From positions 10,664,001 to 10,728,000 of the forward strand of contig OZ176050.1 in assembly GCA_964247055.1 (NCBI GenBank): 64,000 nucleotides of DNA, read 5' to 3'. The notes below the pieces were generated by a model that made no database searches, had not been told where the DNA came from, and saw only the letters and a list, made by a program, of their open reading frames with translations. Shown piece after piece: positions 27,691 through 41,051 of this stretch; positions within the stretch are counted from its first letter, which is position 1, and every line of letters begins with the position of its first letter. The position numbers and the translations under genes are program-made. The stretch comes from Paragordius varius. Taxonomy: Eukaryota > Animalia > Nematomorpha.

Positions 27691-29737
27691 TATAACAAAA
27701 ATAAATCAAATATTAAATTCACTAAATGAAATTAACTTAATCTGTAAGCAAGACTTGGTGTTATTCTGACACATTCAATTACAAAAAAATATGGTATTTT
27801 TTTATTATTCTGTAATAAATTTATTACGTAATTTGATAAAAAAAATTAAATTTTATATTTTTTATAAGCCATCGTTTAAGGTTAAAAATAAACCTAACTG
27901 ATAACTGATATATTAATACATATAAATCATTATTTATGGTTAGTATAAGGATTGTTACATGTACAATTACACATAAGGATACCAAATAATGAAAATATCA
28001 TATTTAATTTAATATTTTTTACACAAACCTGAATAAAAATCATGTTAAAATGTCCTTAGATACAAATTGGGGTAGTTGACGACCCCAGGTACCTCTTAAA
28101 ATCAAATCATATGTAAAATATGGGATGTTCTGAATCCGTAAACAGTTTTCACTTATATATAATATTGATGCACCAAAATATATGAATTTTTTTAAAAAAT
28201 ATGACTTGATTTCATATTATACAGGAGGCAAAAATTAGGGTAGCATGGATGCATGAGCTCAAATAATAAATATTGGCTAATTACCAATTTTTCTGGGTTT
28301 ATCTGTCTTTATTGTTCATATGTAATAAAAGATTAACTTAAATTTAACGGTAGAATCCAACAAAACACGATATTTTTCTAAAAGGTTTGAAGTAAAAATG
28401 ATGGCAAAATGGCTTGATATGGAATAGGCTCTAAACTTAAATTTATTTTATGTTAGCTAATTTAAATTATTTTTATGAATATGAAAGCATAGATTTAAAT
28501 GATGACGGTTAAATTAATATCAATTTAAAGTTGGCCTGGGGCAACCAGTTAAGGGAATTCAAAGCTACGTGTTAAAAAAATTTATGGTTTTGCAACTTTT
28601 AAATAAGCACCCTTGTTTTGTGTTATTTTGGATCTTTTTAAAAAAATAATTTGCGCCAAGCGTTTAAATTTTAATTATTGCTCAATTACTGAATAATCTT
28701 AATTTACTGTTTTGGACTGCACCATTTGTAATTGTCAAAACCTTTAAAAGGATTCTAAAATGTTTTTGTCAATTCAGTTAATTTTTATTTTGAGTCTTTT
28801 TTTCTAAACTTTTCCAAAACAAATATTTATTACATTTTTGTTGGTTAGCGTTACTAACTCTACGTTGATTATCATTTTGTTTTTTTATAATTATTCCCCA
28901 ATGATTTTTATCTCAATTTATAAATCTTACCATGATATTTAAGTATAATATAATATGGCAAGTTTCATATATTAATAACTGTATATGCTACTTTTGAGAT
29001 TTTTCGGAAAAAATTAAGTTATAAATTTAAAAACTCACTCAAGTTATTATATCCGTTAAAGGTTTTATAACTGTGGGGTCATCAAGATTTTTTTGAAAAA
29101 TAAAATTAACTAAGGTATGATGTGATGTGATGTGACAAGACATATAATTTTAAAACGTTATCTTCCAACATCTTTTAAAAAATATGCCAAGTAATCTAAT
29201 CTCCAAAATTAATACTTGTATATATATATCATTTATTTTATTATTTATTTAATATATAAATATCGTTTTTTTTCGTAATTATATCCAAACTTTTAGGCGT
29301 TTTCAAAAAAAGTCATTTGTCATTTTTTCTGGTATTATCTACTTATTTCTCTTATCCTCAATAACTCTTTGGAAAACCAGTTCAAAACACCCAAAACTTA
29401 ACTTTTTTTATATCGCAACCATTTTTATAACTTTTTAAACTTAGCAGTTAAAATCCTACACCTTAAAAACCTGAAACTAATATTATAATAACAGCATAAT
29501 TGGATTTTACTTTATATACTACAGGTCACCACCACACGACATATTTAAAATATACAAAATATTGAGCGTGCATACGTATATATAGAGAAACGTATTTTTA
29601 TCGGATATCATTTTCTCTATTTTTTTATTTTATTTACTTTCATTTTTAGTTAACACCCCCAGTTTTTTATCTCTGTTCCTTTTAAAGCAATATATCCCTC
29701 TTGAAAAAGTTGAATTAATCACATAACAAATCCATCT

Positions 29738-32700
29738 ATGACAAACCTAAAACAACACAAATTATTTGTGCCCAAGGTTCTGCTAGTAGTTTTTGGAATT
29801 TTGCTATTTTCCACTCAGATCCAGCATGGATTTTGTGCAAGAGTTGATTCCGCCAGTCAGTATGATCAATTTCGTAACAAGGCAGTTTCGGCAGAAATGA
29901 TTCTCCTGGTAAATTATTATTTTTATTAAATACTAGCGTAAATCCCGTGCTGCTACGCAGCCCAAGAAGTCCGTTCTGGGAGGGGGAGGGCTATTTGAAA
30001 AAAGGGACAATAAAATGATCCATAAGTGTGGATTATTTCGAAACATTATTAAATAGTTATGATCTCATAGGATTTTCAAAACGGTGTATTCATATTAATA
30101 TATTGTTTACTGATGTAAAGGCCCCAAATTGACGGCTAACGGAAAAACCCGCTATACTATAATTTTTATCTTTTTATGGGTAATATTTAAAGCCCTTATT
30201 GAACTCGTTTTTTAAATATTTCCATGTTGTAATAAAAATAACTTTTATAACATTAAAAATATTACAAATAGAAACGTCTACTGGAAATCCAGGCCCCCCT
30301 TTTCTAGCCTAAAATCATGACTTAAAAGGATATTCCTTAATATAATGGTTAAATTTATTGTGAAAAAATAGATTATTTGGTGTTCGAAAAGATATCATGT
30401 TGAATAGAGTTCTATCTCATAAAATTATTTTTTAAATGTCTCAACTCCATATTCCAAAAAGCCTCATATTTAGGACCTTTAATCGAATGGATAAGTGCAA
30501 AAACTTCGGATTGGTTTACTTTATAAAAAAAAATATTTGACTAAGTTGCGACTTTTTAAAAATTCCACTTTTATTTACTTATTTCATGCCATATTCAAAA
30601 TTCACTATATAATACTTAAAATCGGGTAAGAAACCAAGTTCAGGGTTTTTAAACATTCAATTATCATTTCTATGATAATATTGTCAATTAATTTTAAAGA
30701 CTAGATGTCAAAACTAATCATTGGATTCGTTCGAAATTCTGAAAAAATCCATTATGCAACCTTTATACTCTTTCAAAGTTTAATCGCTATTTTAATTTTG
30801 TAATACTTTATGGTTATAAACTTTAACTTTAATACTTAATTGGAGTTGATTCTCACGATTCTTTCATTAATGCTTTTAATAACATTCTGTTAGATAAATT
30901 ATCAAACAATATTTTCTAAATTTTTCTTGTGTAATGAAGACCTACCTCCTTATCACACATTTTTGTCACATTCACAAGAATAAATCATAATTAAATATTT
31001 CGCATCTTTTGTCTCCCCTAAACTGTTATATAAATGACATCTCTAATTGATTTAATCATATTTAATATTTATTAATTGCTTTCTTGTTCTTTAACCTTAA
31101 TAAAATTTAAGAAAAAAAAACAATTATAACAGAACAATACGGTATAAGACAATTATTATCCTATTAATTTTAATAGGTAGGTTCGGCATGAGACATTACA
31201 TTGAGCTCAAAAATTTAATTAAATTAATTATATTTGTCAAGCAAATCTATTCAGACAACTATTTTTTAAACATAAGTTCAGTAGGATTTAATAATAAAAA
31301 AGAACGGAGAACGATTTAGTAATAAATTGTAATAAAGGCAGATCCTTGATTGTTAAATTTTAGTTTGATATTATCAGGGATCGAACCGTTTTGGTATTAC
31401 ACAATTTTTTGTGAAGAATTTACGTTTATTTTTACCGGTTTCATTGTTCTTAGTTAATGGTAGTATTTCCACATCTCAATTCGAATGTACAGATAATCTA
31501 CAATGCAAATAAAAAACCAAAAAATATTACAGAAAATTTAATTACTATCTGAATATATATAATACTTTTCTATTTTATAAAATGAGGATTACATTGTATT
31601 AATAAAAGAAGAAAACAAATCGTATTTTTATTACAGTAACCGCGTTAAAAAATGCCAAAATATAAGTTATGTGTCACGGTTCCTCCTGCTCTTCAAAAAA
31701 TTTTGAGAGTGTGACTATGCATTACCGTTAAGCCTATTTAGAAGTTGAATCGTTTCCAAATATTCTAGCTCTTACGAAAGAACCGGCTTCAATACAAACT
31801 TTTGAAACCATATTGATACCATTTCCTGTAAAAAAGATCCCTATGTGGTGTTATAATTATCCTTACTTAAAAAAGCAAATGTTGTTGACTTGAAATATAG
31901 TAAATAGTTTTTTGCAAATAATTAAATAATCTAAAATATTGAAGATGCCGATTTCTATCTAACAAAAATGAGCACCATACATATGTACCCTTCATCAATT
32001 AAAACATTACCTATTCATTTAGGATAACATTGTTTAATTGAACCAATTGTTAGTAACCTTCGTAATAATTGGCCAACAATAAAGTGGGCACTGTATATGT
32101 GCGACATAATTTTTATTAATTGACTGATAAATAGATATCTTAATTTTATCACCCGATAGAAACTCTAACATTTATAAAATGAGTTAGTGATTATCAAAAT
32201 CATACATATTTTCTAAAATTAAAATGTTTATTTAAATATATATTGAAATTAAATTTGATGTTTTTATTAAATACGGATTTTCAAAATCATACATATTTTC
32301 TAAAATTGAAATGTTCATTTTAATGCATTTTGAAATTACATTTGATGTACATAATTTATTCGAAAAGATATGAATGAAATGATGACTCTTGTTAGTATAT
32401 TATAAAAATTTCAGGAGATTTAACCAATAATTTATGGTCCGAATTGAAACAAAAGCTAGCTAAATTTAGTTTCAGATAACTGCATTTTGGAAATTACAGT
32501 AATTGAAATAACACACACAAAATGTAATTAAAAACATAAAGAAAAATATTTTTTTTCAAAGGAAAACTATACTTTTTTAAACCTTAATTTTCCTATATAC
32601 AGTCTTTAATTTAATTACAAATATATATAAATGATTGAGTTACCAATTTACATCACTATTTCATACGTTGCAGTTTAAAACAATAATTATTTTAGAAAAT

Positions 32701-33047
32701 TAAAGTTTAAAAGAGTGTAGCAATCTTTTGAAAAATCTGTCTTTATGTTTTTATATTTTGTCTGTATATTTTCAATTTTTACTGTATATTTATGATTTGA
32801 AGATATTAAGACATTATACTTTATATGAATACCCATTTTAAAATAATTTTTAAACAATTTTTTTATTTTAATTTTATATATTAATATCATGGCGTAGAAA
32901 ATTCAAGAAAACGCGGCAGAAACCGTGAGACTCATAAGCGTACTTTTAGATTCGAGTCCAATCGTTAGCAAACGCAATTCGGAGATGTTAAACAGCTTGT
33001 TGGGTCTTAATTTGGGACAACTGGAAAGAGCGGGAAAGAAAAAATGA
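29738..33047 (+). CDS. Pdf: Pigment-dispersing factor (PDF/PDH) neuropeptide precursor, 106 aa, 2 exons
   Basis: Exon 1 29738-29908 (hydrophobic signal VLLVVFGILLFS, donor gtaaat, phase 0); exon 2 32898-33047 KIQENAAETVRLISVLLDSSPIVSKR-NSEMLNSLLGLNLGQLERA-G-KKK*. KR cleavage plus Gly amidation; the mature 19-mer matches the PDF consensus NSE-x-x-NS-x-LGL. Confidence 0.9.
29933..30010 (-). mobile_element. Helitron 3' terminus inside the PDF intron
   Basis: Minus strand ..gggctgcgtagcagcacgggatttacgCTAG|T: GC hairpin gctgc-gta-gcagc about 12 nt before CTAG; near-identical to 36745-36775. Confidence 0.8.
31250..32150 (-). mobile_element. Degenerate CR1-like RT remnant in the PDF intron
   Basis: Minus-strand traces resembling the YRP..LL and G-x-P-x-GS RT motifs, heavily interrupted. 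Confidence 0.35.
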
Positions 33048-33456
33048 TTCTTTTAATTTTAGTACATAATTAAATTTATCGTAATCAAATATATTAACTC
33101 ATCCTATTTATGTCTTAGTAAAGCTTGTTTCTTGTTCATTGTCAATATTTTAACATGTTTTAATTACCATCTTTTTAGCAATTATTATTTTTGATAATTA
33201 AATTATAAAAAAAATTATATGCCAACAATTTTATATAAAATATTCATTCCAATATATCATTATATACCCAAACAACACCTGAAGTGCCTTTTGTCCAAGC
33301 TTCTTTATATTTATTTTTATTGATTGACAATGCATGTTTATTTTACTATAATTTTAACAATTAACTTTTAAATATATTCATGAATAAAAATAAATATTGA
33401 ATTATAACTATTTAATTGTTGTGTTATTTTGAAAAATTGCAAACCCCAAATTAGTT

Positions 33457-35037
33457 TTGTTACCCGCTTTGATTGTAATATTAAACCTGGTTAAAATAAC
33501 CTTATGTATTGTATTGAAAAATACCGAAATTTTTCAGTATAAAGAGGGGGATAATAAATTTTTAACGAATGAATTAGATGAAGAGCCGCCTCAAATAGCC
33601 GATATACAATTGGATGAAATATTGGCTGAACAAATAATCTCAAAGGATATGTTGACAAACACACAATCAACTTTGACATTTAATGATATCGATCAACAAT
33701 ATTTCGAAACTACCAGAGCATATCTTTCTCTAGATACAAAAAATCGCAAAAAGGACATACGTATCAATAATGAAGACACACTCCAAAAATATAGTAATTT
33801 GGTAAAAAACTATACAACAAATTCTCCGAACCATAATTATTCCCAGTTGAAATTTGTACTAGAACCCAAAACATATAGAAATAGAGATGCATTAACTCAC
33901 AACACACACTTTAATAAGTCCGTTTCGGTTACAGTGACACCAGATAATATAATGTACGAGAGCAGAAATTTAAGTCTTAACCACGGTAAAAAAATAGACT
34001 ATATACGATTCAATAAAATTATTAAGGGGCTAAGACATTCACTCAAAGACGTGGAACATTTAATTAAAGATGATTTGTTAAAATTATCTCAAATTTCAAA
34101 ACATTTAAAAGGGAATACCTATAAACGCAGAGATATGGTAGCCATAGGTGATGACAGTGTTCGAAATTATTTTCATAATTTTAGTCAATGGATAGATTGG
34201 GTTAATTTTGCGACTGATCACCAAAAATCTTATAAAAGGCCTGACTCATACATAGATGCCAGGAAGGACAAATGGTCAAATTCTACATCAAAGACAAAGT
34301 TATTAAATTTGCCGAATCAGATAAAATCTAAACAGCTTAAATTTTTATCTAATTTTCCCAACACTGCTGCTAATGATGTTGTGAATATTAAGAACTGGCT
34401 AAATTATAAACATGCAAGCACGTTAAGGAACCATACTAGATTTAATACAAAAAGAACCAAAAATAAACCTCATAATAATTATAAGGACTTAAAAATATAT
34501 AAAATGAATATTAATGAACATCATTACAACAGAGACATGGGAAAAAGTATTCCAAATGAAAACGCTACTAAAACTTTGGTCACCGAGAATTATTTATTAT
34601 CAATAATAAATATTACTCCTTTTGAGAATAAACATAGTAAGACTACTAAATATATGCCTAAAATGTTTTCAACCGCTATATGGCCCACAATTTTTGATTT
34701 TGCAAAAACTGAGAGGAGTTATAAAACAAACATTTTCTTTATGGAAAACACAATGTTGCTAAATAATAATAATAAATATTGGAGTTTGGACACGGAATCG
34801 GCCACAAATGAAATGCCCCCAACTACCTCGCCCTTAAAAAATGGCAAATCTGAAACTAAATTTGGTGGAATCAACGAATTTAATTTTAATAAGGATATGA
34901 TAATAAGATTTACGAAACCGCATTTACATCTATTTACGCATGTTAACAAAGTAGTTTTCAAAACAAAAGCTCTAACTGCCAGTGAAAAGCCGAAAATTAT
35001 ATTTCAATATTTTAGGCAAAAAGGTCCAAGTAGTTGA
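33457..35037 (+). CDS. Orphan 526-codon ORF, Asn/Lys/Thr-rich, possibly secreted; true 5' end unresolved
   Basis: 1.58-kb stop-free frame in very AT-rich DNA; hydrophobic N-terminal stretch LLPALIVILNLVKITLC; many N-x-S/T sequons and dibasic sites. The annotated start is TTG and the first ATG is at codon 65 (~33649). Acceptor-like sites at 33454 (ttag, phase 1) and 33537 (ttttcag, phase 0). Confidence 0.7.
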   Translation: MLPALIVILNLVKITLCIVLKNTEIFQYKEGDNKFLTNELDEEPPQIADIQLDEILAEQIISKDMLTNTQSTLTFNDIDQQYFETTRAYLSLDTKNRKKDIRINNEDTLQKYSNLVKNYTTNSPNHNYSQLKFVLEPKTYRNRDALTHNTHFNKSVSVTVTPDNIMYESRNLSLNHGKKIDYIRFNKIIKGLRHSLKDVEHLIKDDLLKLSQISKHLKGNTYKRRDMVAIGDDSVRNYFHNFSQWIDWVNFATDHQKSYKRPDSYIDARKDKWSNSTSKTKLLNLPNQIKSKQLKFLSNFPNTAANDVVNIKNWLNYKHASTLRNHTRFNTKRTKNKPHNNYKDLKIYKMNINEHHYNRDMGKSIPNENATKTLVTENYLLSIINITPFENKHSKTTKYMPKMFSTAIWPTIFDFAKTERSYKTNIFFMENTMLLNNNNKYWSLDTESATNEMPPTTSPLKNGKSETKFGGINEFNFNKDMIIRFTKPHLHLFTHVNKVVFKTKALTASEKPKIIFQYFRQKGPSS

Positions 35038-35533
35038 AATCTCGGTTTGTAACATATGATGATAATTATGTCATAAATGTAAAAAGGGATAGAACAAATT
35101 CTTATATGACGGATATATTAAATTTTTTAAGGGGAGAGCGCACATGTTAGGTCTTTTGGCATTATTGAATGCGTATTCCTAATTTTCGAGGCAGTTTTGA
35201 AAAAGTTAAACTAACTAGAAATCAATTTATTTGCGCCTACCGTTAAGTTTTTTAGACCAAATGGTAAATTAGGTAAATCACCGTACTCTTTTAAGTTCTA
35301 AGTCCGAAACCGAGCAAGTTTTCCATCATTACTGTCATCTTTGGGCAGGCAAATGTTAAAGCTTTAACAAGTCCTGATTCAATTTATCTGTTCTCTGCAT
35401 ATATAAATTCCAAATTTGTTTTTTTGTGAAAGGCCTATCAAGAATCATAATTCATCTAAAGCTTAACATTAATATTATATCGATGGAAATTTATTTTCAC
35501 TAATACGATAAATCTAATCAGGTATCATTTTAA

Positions 35534-36775
35534 TCTATATATTTATAAAAATGGAAAATGCTGATTTTGTGATCTGGTACAGGAAAACCGGTAGACCCAA
35601 TCAAATCCAAATATCGAAAAAATATAATCATTAATAAATGTCCCGACAATAGCTTCGCCCTTTTTTTGAAATAGGCTCCCAGTTCGGGCCCACCCCGTAT
35701 GAAAAACGGGTTTTTTTGAAAACAGAAGTCCACAAAATCGTGTTTTTGAGACAATTTTCCGGAGAACGTGTTGGACCATTCAATTTCAAATATAATTTTT
35801 GTTTACTTATTTTCGATTGCGCCGAACATAGTCGAGCCACTTTTTTGATTTAGGCCCTCTTTTTACCCGCTCCCCCCGTAAAATGCCATTTTTTTTCAAA
35901 AAAAACAAAGTCTACAAAAATATTTTTTTGATTGTATTTTTTTGTCCACGGTATGAGACTGTAAAAATTCGAGAAAGATTTTTCGTATTGCCTGTTAAAA
36001 GGCAAAAATTTTAGTCAAGCGTTTCTTTGATGATAGATGCTGAGTAAGGAGTATCTATCATATGTATAGCATGTTAAAAGATATATGGATATTAATACAT
36101 TATTTATGGTAATCTATCTATATATTTATAAAAATGGAAAATGCTGGCTTTGTGATCTGGTACAGGAAAACCGGTAGACCCAATCAAATCCAAATATCGA
36201 AAAAATATAATCATTAATAAATGTCCCGACAATAGCTTCGCCCTTTTTTTGAAATAGGCTCCCAGTTCGGGCCCACCCCGTATGAAAAACGGGTTTTTTT
36301 TGAAAACAGAAGTCCACAAAATCGTGTTTTTGAGACAATTTTCCGGAGAACGTGTTGGACCATTCAATTTCAAATATAATTTTTGTTTACTTATTTTCGA
36401 TTGCGCCGAACATAGTCGAGCCACTTTTTTGATTTAGGCCCTCTTTTTACCCGCTCCCCCCGTAAAATGCCATTTTTTTCAAAAAACAAAGTCCACAAAA
36501 ATAATTTTTTAAATCGATTTTTCGCCCTAGGTATGAGACCGTAAAAAATCAATAAAGATTCCACGTATTCCCTGTTAAAAGGCAAAAATTTTAGTCAGGC
36601 GTTTCTTTGATGATAGCTGCTGAGCTATATATTTATAAAAATGGAAAATGCTGGCTTTGTGATCTGGTACAGGAAAACCGGTAGACCCATTCAAATCCAA
36701 ACTTCGAACCCCCCCTCCCCCCCAGAAGTCCGAAGGACTTCCTCGGGCTGCGTAGCAGCACGAGATTCACGCTAG
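35534..36775 (+). mobile_element. Non-autonomous Helitron, composite of three tandem 5' modules and one 3' end
   Basis: A|TCTATATATTTATAAAAATGG at 35534 and 36117, and a truncated repeat at ~36625; single 3' end with hairpin gctgcgtagcagc then CTAG|T at 36772-36776. Insertion between A and T is the Helitron hallmark. Confidence 0.85.
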
Positions 36776-38029
36776 TTACCTATAAGAGGCTTTATACCAC
36801 ACACACACAAACATATATATATATATATATAATATCCTGCGATCATCGCGGCTTGATCATAATGAGTTTGTAATCAGATTATGTTCATCTTTTTGTGCGA
36901 TATACAAAAAGTATGGTATATGATTACGTTGGTAAAAAATAAAAAATATTATCAGAAAATCAAATTTTTTTATATATATTAAATTTTTTCTCACCTATTA
37001 ATAACTTGATGAAATATTATATTCTAAAATGCATTGAATTCATGGTCCTTTTTTCCTGTATATTAATTTATAATAAAACTAACCAAAATTTATAATACTT
37101 GTTAACATCATACAAATTATCACTGGTTCGATATGAATTGGGTAGTTGGCGACCCCAGAGCTGCTTAATATAAAATATATTAAAAAATATGGAGCGTATT
37201 GACACAATTTTTAAATCATTTATATAACATTGACGTAGCATATAAAAATATTCATTCGAAATGACATGATATTTATGGATAAACCTCAAGGCTTAAATAA
37301 GAAAACATGTGTACAAGATCTAAATTTAAAAATAATTAATAATACTATTTTTTCTGTTATTAATGTAAAATATGGTTTAATACCCTAATTTTAGCGTTAA
37401 AATCTAAAAAATTCGCTTATTAAAATGTTGTGAACTTAAAATGGCGTCGAAATAGTTTGATGTGGTACTTTTTTTCAAACAAAAATTTATTGACACACTT
37501 TGGCTTATTTTTATTATATTTATTAGAAACATAAATTAAAAAAGGATTTTGAAATTGGCATCTAAGTGTTAATATCTTTGTCACTGGCTAGCAATGATCA
37601 TAAAGAATATAAATGAAAAATAAAAATATATGCATTCTATAGTCTTAAAGGAATATTAAAATAATATATTTTTTATAACCCAAAATTACTGGAGTCAAAT
37701 TTATGGCCACCAAATATGCTTTTGAATTTCGCCAAAAAAATGGCTTGAATTTATACAATAAAAAATAATATTAATTTAATGTGTTGGAGTATAATTCATC
37801 AGCTTCTTTTTTTAATTGTTTTTTCTATTTGTGCAAAGTAAGTATAATAAAACACGATAAATTATAAAAAATTAATACACAGGATTGGCAAAACTTAAAA
37901 AATCCAATATTTCGAATAAACACATTGCCATAAAAAAATGCTAATCAAATTATATTTTGATTAAAAAATCTAGAATTTATGTGCTGTTTTTGTTGGCTAT
38001 TACAGGGATTTCAGAAGGTTATTAACACT

Positions 38030-38950
38030 TAGGAACAGCACCATACCAGAAAATGGCAAAATTCGCGCCCTTTTATTAAAAATCATTTTTGGTAAAGCTA
38101 AATGCTTCGTTCCAAAAAACATCACTGAATATAAACTAGATATAAAATAAATAATTTTAAACTTTAAATTTTATGTGTGGGCTAAGAAATCTTGAATTTT
38201 TAGACCTATCCAAAATGGGCAATCTTAAAAGGCGAAAAAACTGAGAATGCTTGATTTTTTACATATGGACCCTAGATTATAGATCAAAAAAATTCTTTTT
38301 TAAAAATAAATATTTAAAATAAAATTAAATATAGAGTGAAATTTGGTTTAGGAAGTATTTTACTTTGAAGCAAGATGAAAACAGCATAATAACACTTTAA
38401 GATATTATAAAAATTCTTTTTCGATATTCGATCATGCTGAACATTTTTATCAGATAAGGAATACAATTTATAGAGCTTGGCATCATCGAAATTTGTATAA
38501 TATTTCAAATTATTTTCATACCTTTTCACATATGCTTCAAATTCCATAATACTATCTGCAAATTTTTTATAAATTAAATATTAAGGCACAATATATTTAT
38601 TATAACGCTAAAAACTTTTTTCAGTGTGAAATAGTAAACATTTAATATTTCAATCTGACAATTCGGTATTTTAACGGTTTTTAGGGGAACTACCATTTTA
38701 TAAGGGCAAAATTCTCCTTCGGAACTTAAAAATATGTTTTGCTTTATTACTAAGTTTAGTATTTCAATAACATTTTTGCAATCAAGCATTAAGCTTTCAC
38801 CAAAAATTTTATTTAACAATATGCGCCAAAATTTTTCGATTTTACGATATGGAGCAGTTACCAAAAATATGTCATTAACCTTTATACATTACTCTTAGGG
38901 CCAATACCAAAAGCACCATAATAATCTAGAAAATATTTTATCAGAATATA
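38030..38950. mobile_element. Diverged copy of the foldback family of 3140-4630
   Basis: Shares gaaaatggc..aaatt and aaagctaaatgct..ttccaaaaaa on the left, and gatatggagc..ccaaaagcacc on the right. Confidence 0.45.
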
Positions 38951-39182
38951 ATTATTTTATCCGATATTATTTTATATCCGCCGGTTTCATACGCAGTGTA
39001 TATATAGTTCATGTGAATATTTTACTATGTATATCATTTGGTTTAACTATATTTAAGCAAATATAATATTTATATAATAGTTACAATCTTTTTCATATTT
39101 TAAAATATATTATAAAAATTGTTCATATGCATCACTAAAAATCTCCCCATACGAATAGCATGAAGACACACAATCATAAAAA

Positions 39183-41000
39183 ATGCTCATAAAAATTGTA
39201 AGAAATTTTGGGACCAATTTTTTTCCAGACAAGGTTTATACAATTAAAGAAAGTAAAGTTTTATGTATATAATAGTCAGAGAAAAGATTATTGAATACGT
39301 AAAACCTCAAATATCATGGAGGTATTTACACATAATATTAATATCTTGTTGTTATTTAAATAAACCGTATATTTAAAATAATCTATATTTATTTTTTGAC
39401 CTTAAAATATAATTGTATTTTGGATAAAAATTTATCACCACATGCCAAATTTTTAGTCTGGAGCCACCTCCGTCTTACACAGAAAATATTCAATATCTTA
39501 ATCCGAAAAAGCAATCAAGTTTACCGGTGAGGCGAATGCGAGATTCCTATAGCACAGCAATATTACCGTTGGCAGAAGATATTACTCTTCGTGATTATTA
39601 TATTTTAGCCGATAAAAAAATTCGCTTTGGTCGCCTGCTTGAGGATTTAGATGCCTTTGCTGGTAAATAAAAATGTAAAAATATTTGTTTTATTGGCTAT
39701 GGATGCGATAAATAACTTAAAAAATTTAAAAAAATTTGATTTATTATTTTTATTTACATCCAAGCCAGTTAATTTGTATCTATATTTATATGCGAGTTTC
39801 TATCAACTCATCAAAATTGTTTAGTTTGGATTGGGTACAAACACAATCAAAGACCTGGACTTGAACCTGGAAAAGTCCCCTTTAATATGGTCACGGCATT
39901 AGTCGATAAAATTGGTAATTTAATTTATAAAAATTTGCTATAAAATTTTTTTAAATTCACTTTCAAATACATAATGCCCGGAATTATATATATTATTGCA
40001 TCAATTGTATTTCCTTGAGATGATTATATAAACCAGGTGTGCCAACACAAACGGGTTCGTGGGCCGTATTTTTAACTCTTAAAACCCGACGGGCCGCGTT
40101 CGAAAAGTATATGGGTATTTATTAGAAACATAAAACTGCGAAAAAAATGTAACTGCTAATACCATTTTTTGCTACTTTCAATTGGAAGAAAACATTCGTT
40201 AAAAAAATCACTAACACTTTGTGAGCACATTTTTATAAATTGTGAAATGGTGATTTTTAAAATAATTTGCGGTCCCTACATAAGATCTCGGAGCACCGCA
40301 TTTCGGACATATAAACTTTTTTAAGAGTCTTTAATAGATATTCACATATTTATTATATTTTATTCGCCAAAGAAATTGGTTAATTATTCATCGTTAAAAT
40401 TTAAAACTTATTTTATTCGTAAAGCGCAATTTTTTAATTAATTTATTAATAAACAGAATTGTAAAGAAAAAACATTTAAAGGTTAACCATTTTTTGAACC
40501 TTGTTTATTTAATAACCTATCTTTTTGGGTTGCGAAATAAGATAGAAAAAATTGGTAAAGCACTCAATTTTATTTAAATGGGGTTTAAACGCAAAAGGTC
40601 TCTTGCCTTTATAATTTAAATCTGTATAACTTACGTTTTGTATTCCAGCTTGTTTTGATTTTCATTAATATTTTCAATAAAAAACATTTTTTCCGCAAAT
40701 AATTTTATTTATTATTTTGACATTCATGTAGTGTTAAATGATTACACGTCTTCTTCGGATCGAAACATCAAATTTACTGGAATGACCACATGGGTTGGTT
40801 CAACATCCATGGAAATAACCATGCAACTTGAACAAATGGTCAATTAAAATTAATCATTTACGCTCATTTTTACACAATATTCAATTTTTTTAGTATTTAA
40901 AGTGTAAATTAATTTTAATTTATAACGACAAAACTTAAAATTTTTGTAATCAGCTAAACCATATTTGCTCTTATTTTTTATATATATACTATTGATTACG

Positions 41001-41051
<51 letters not shown>

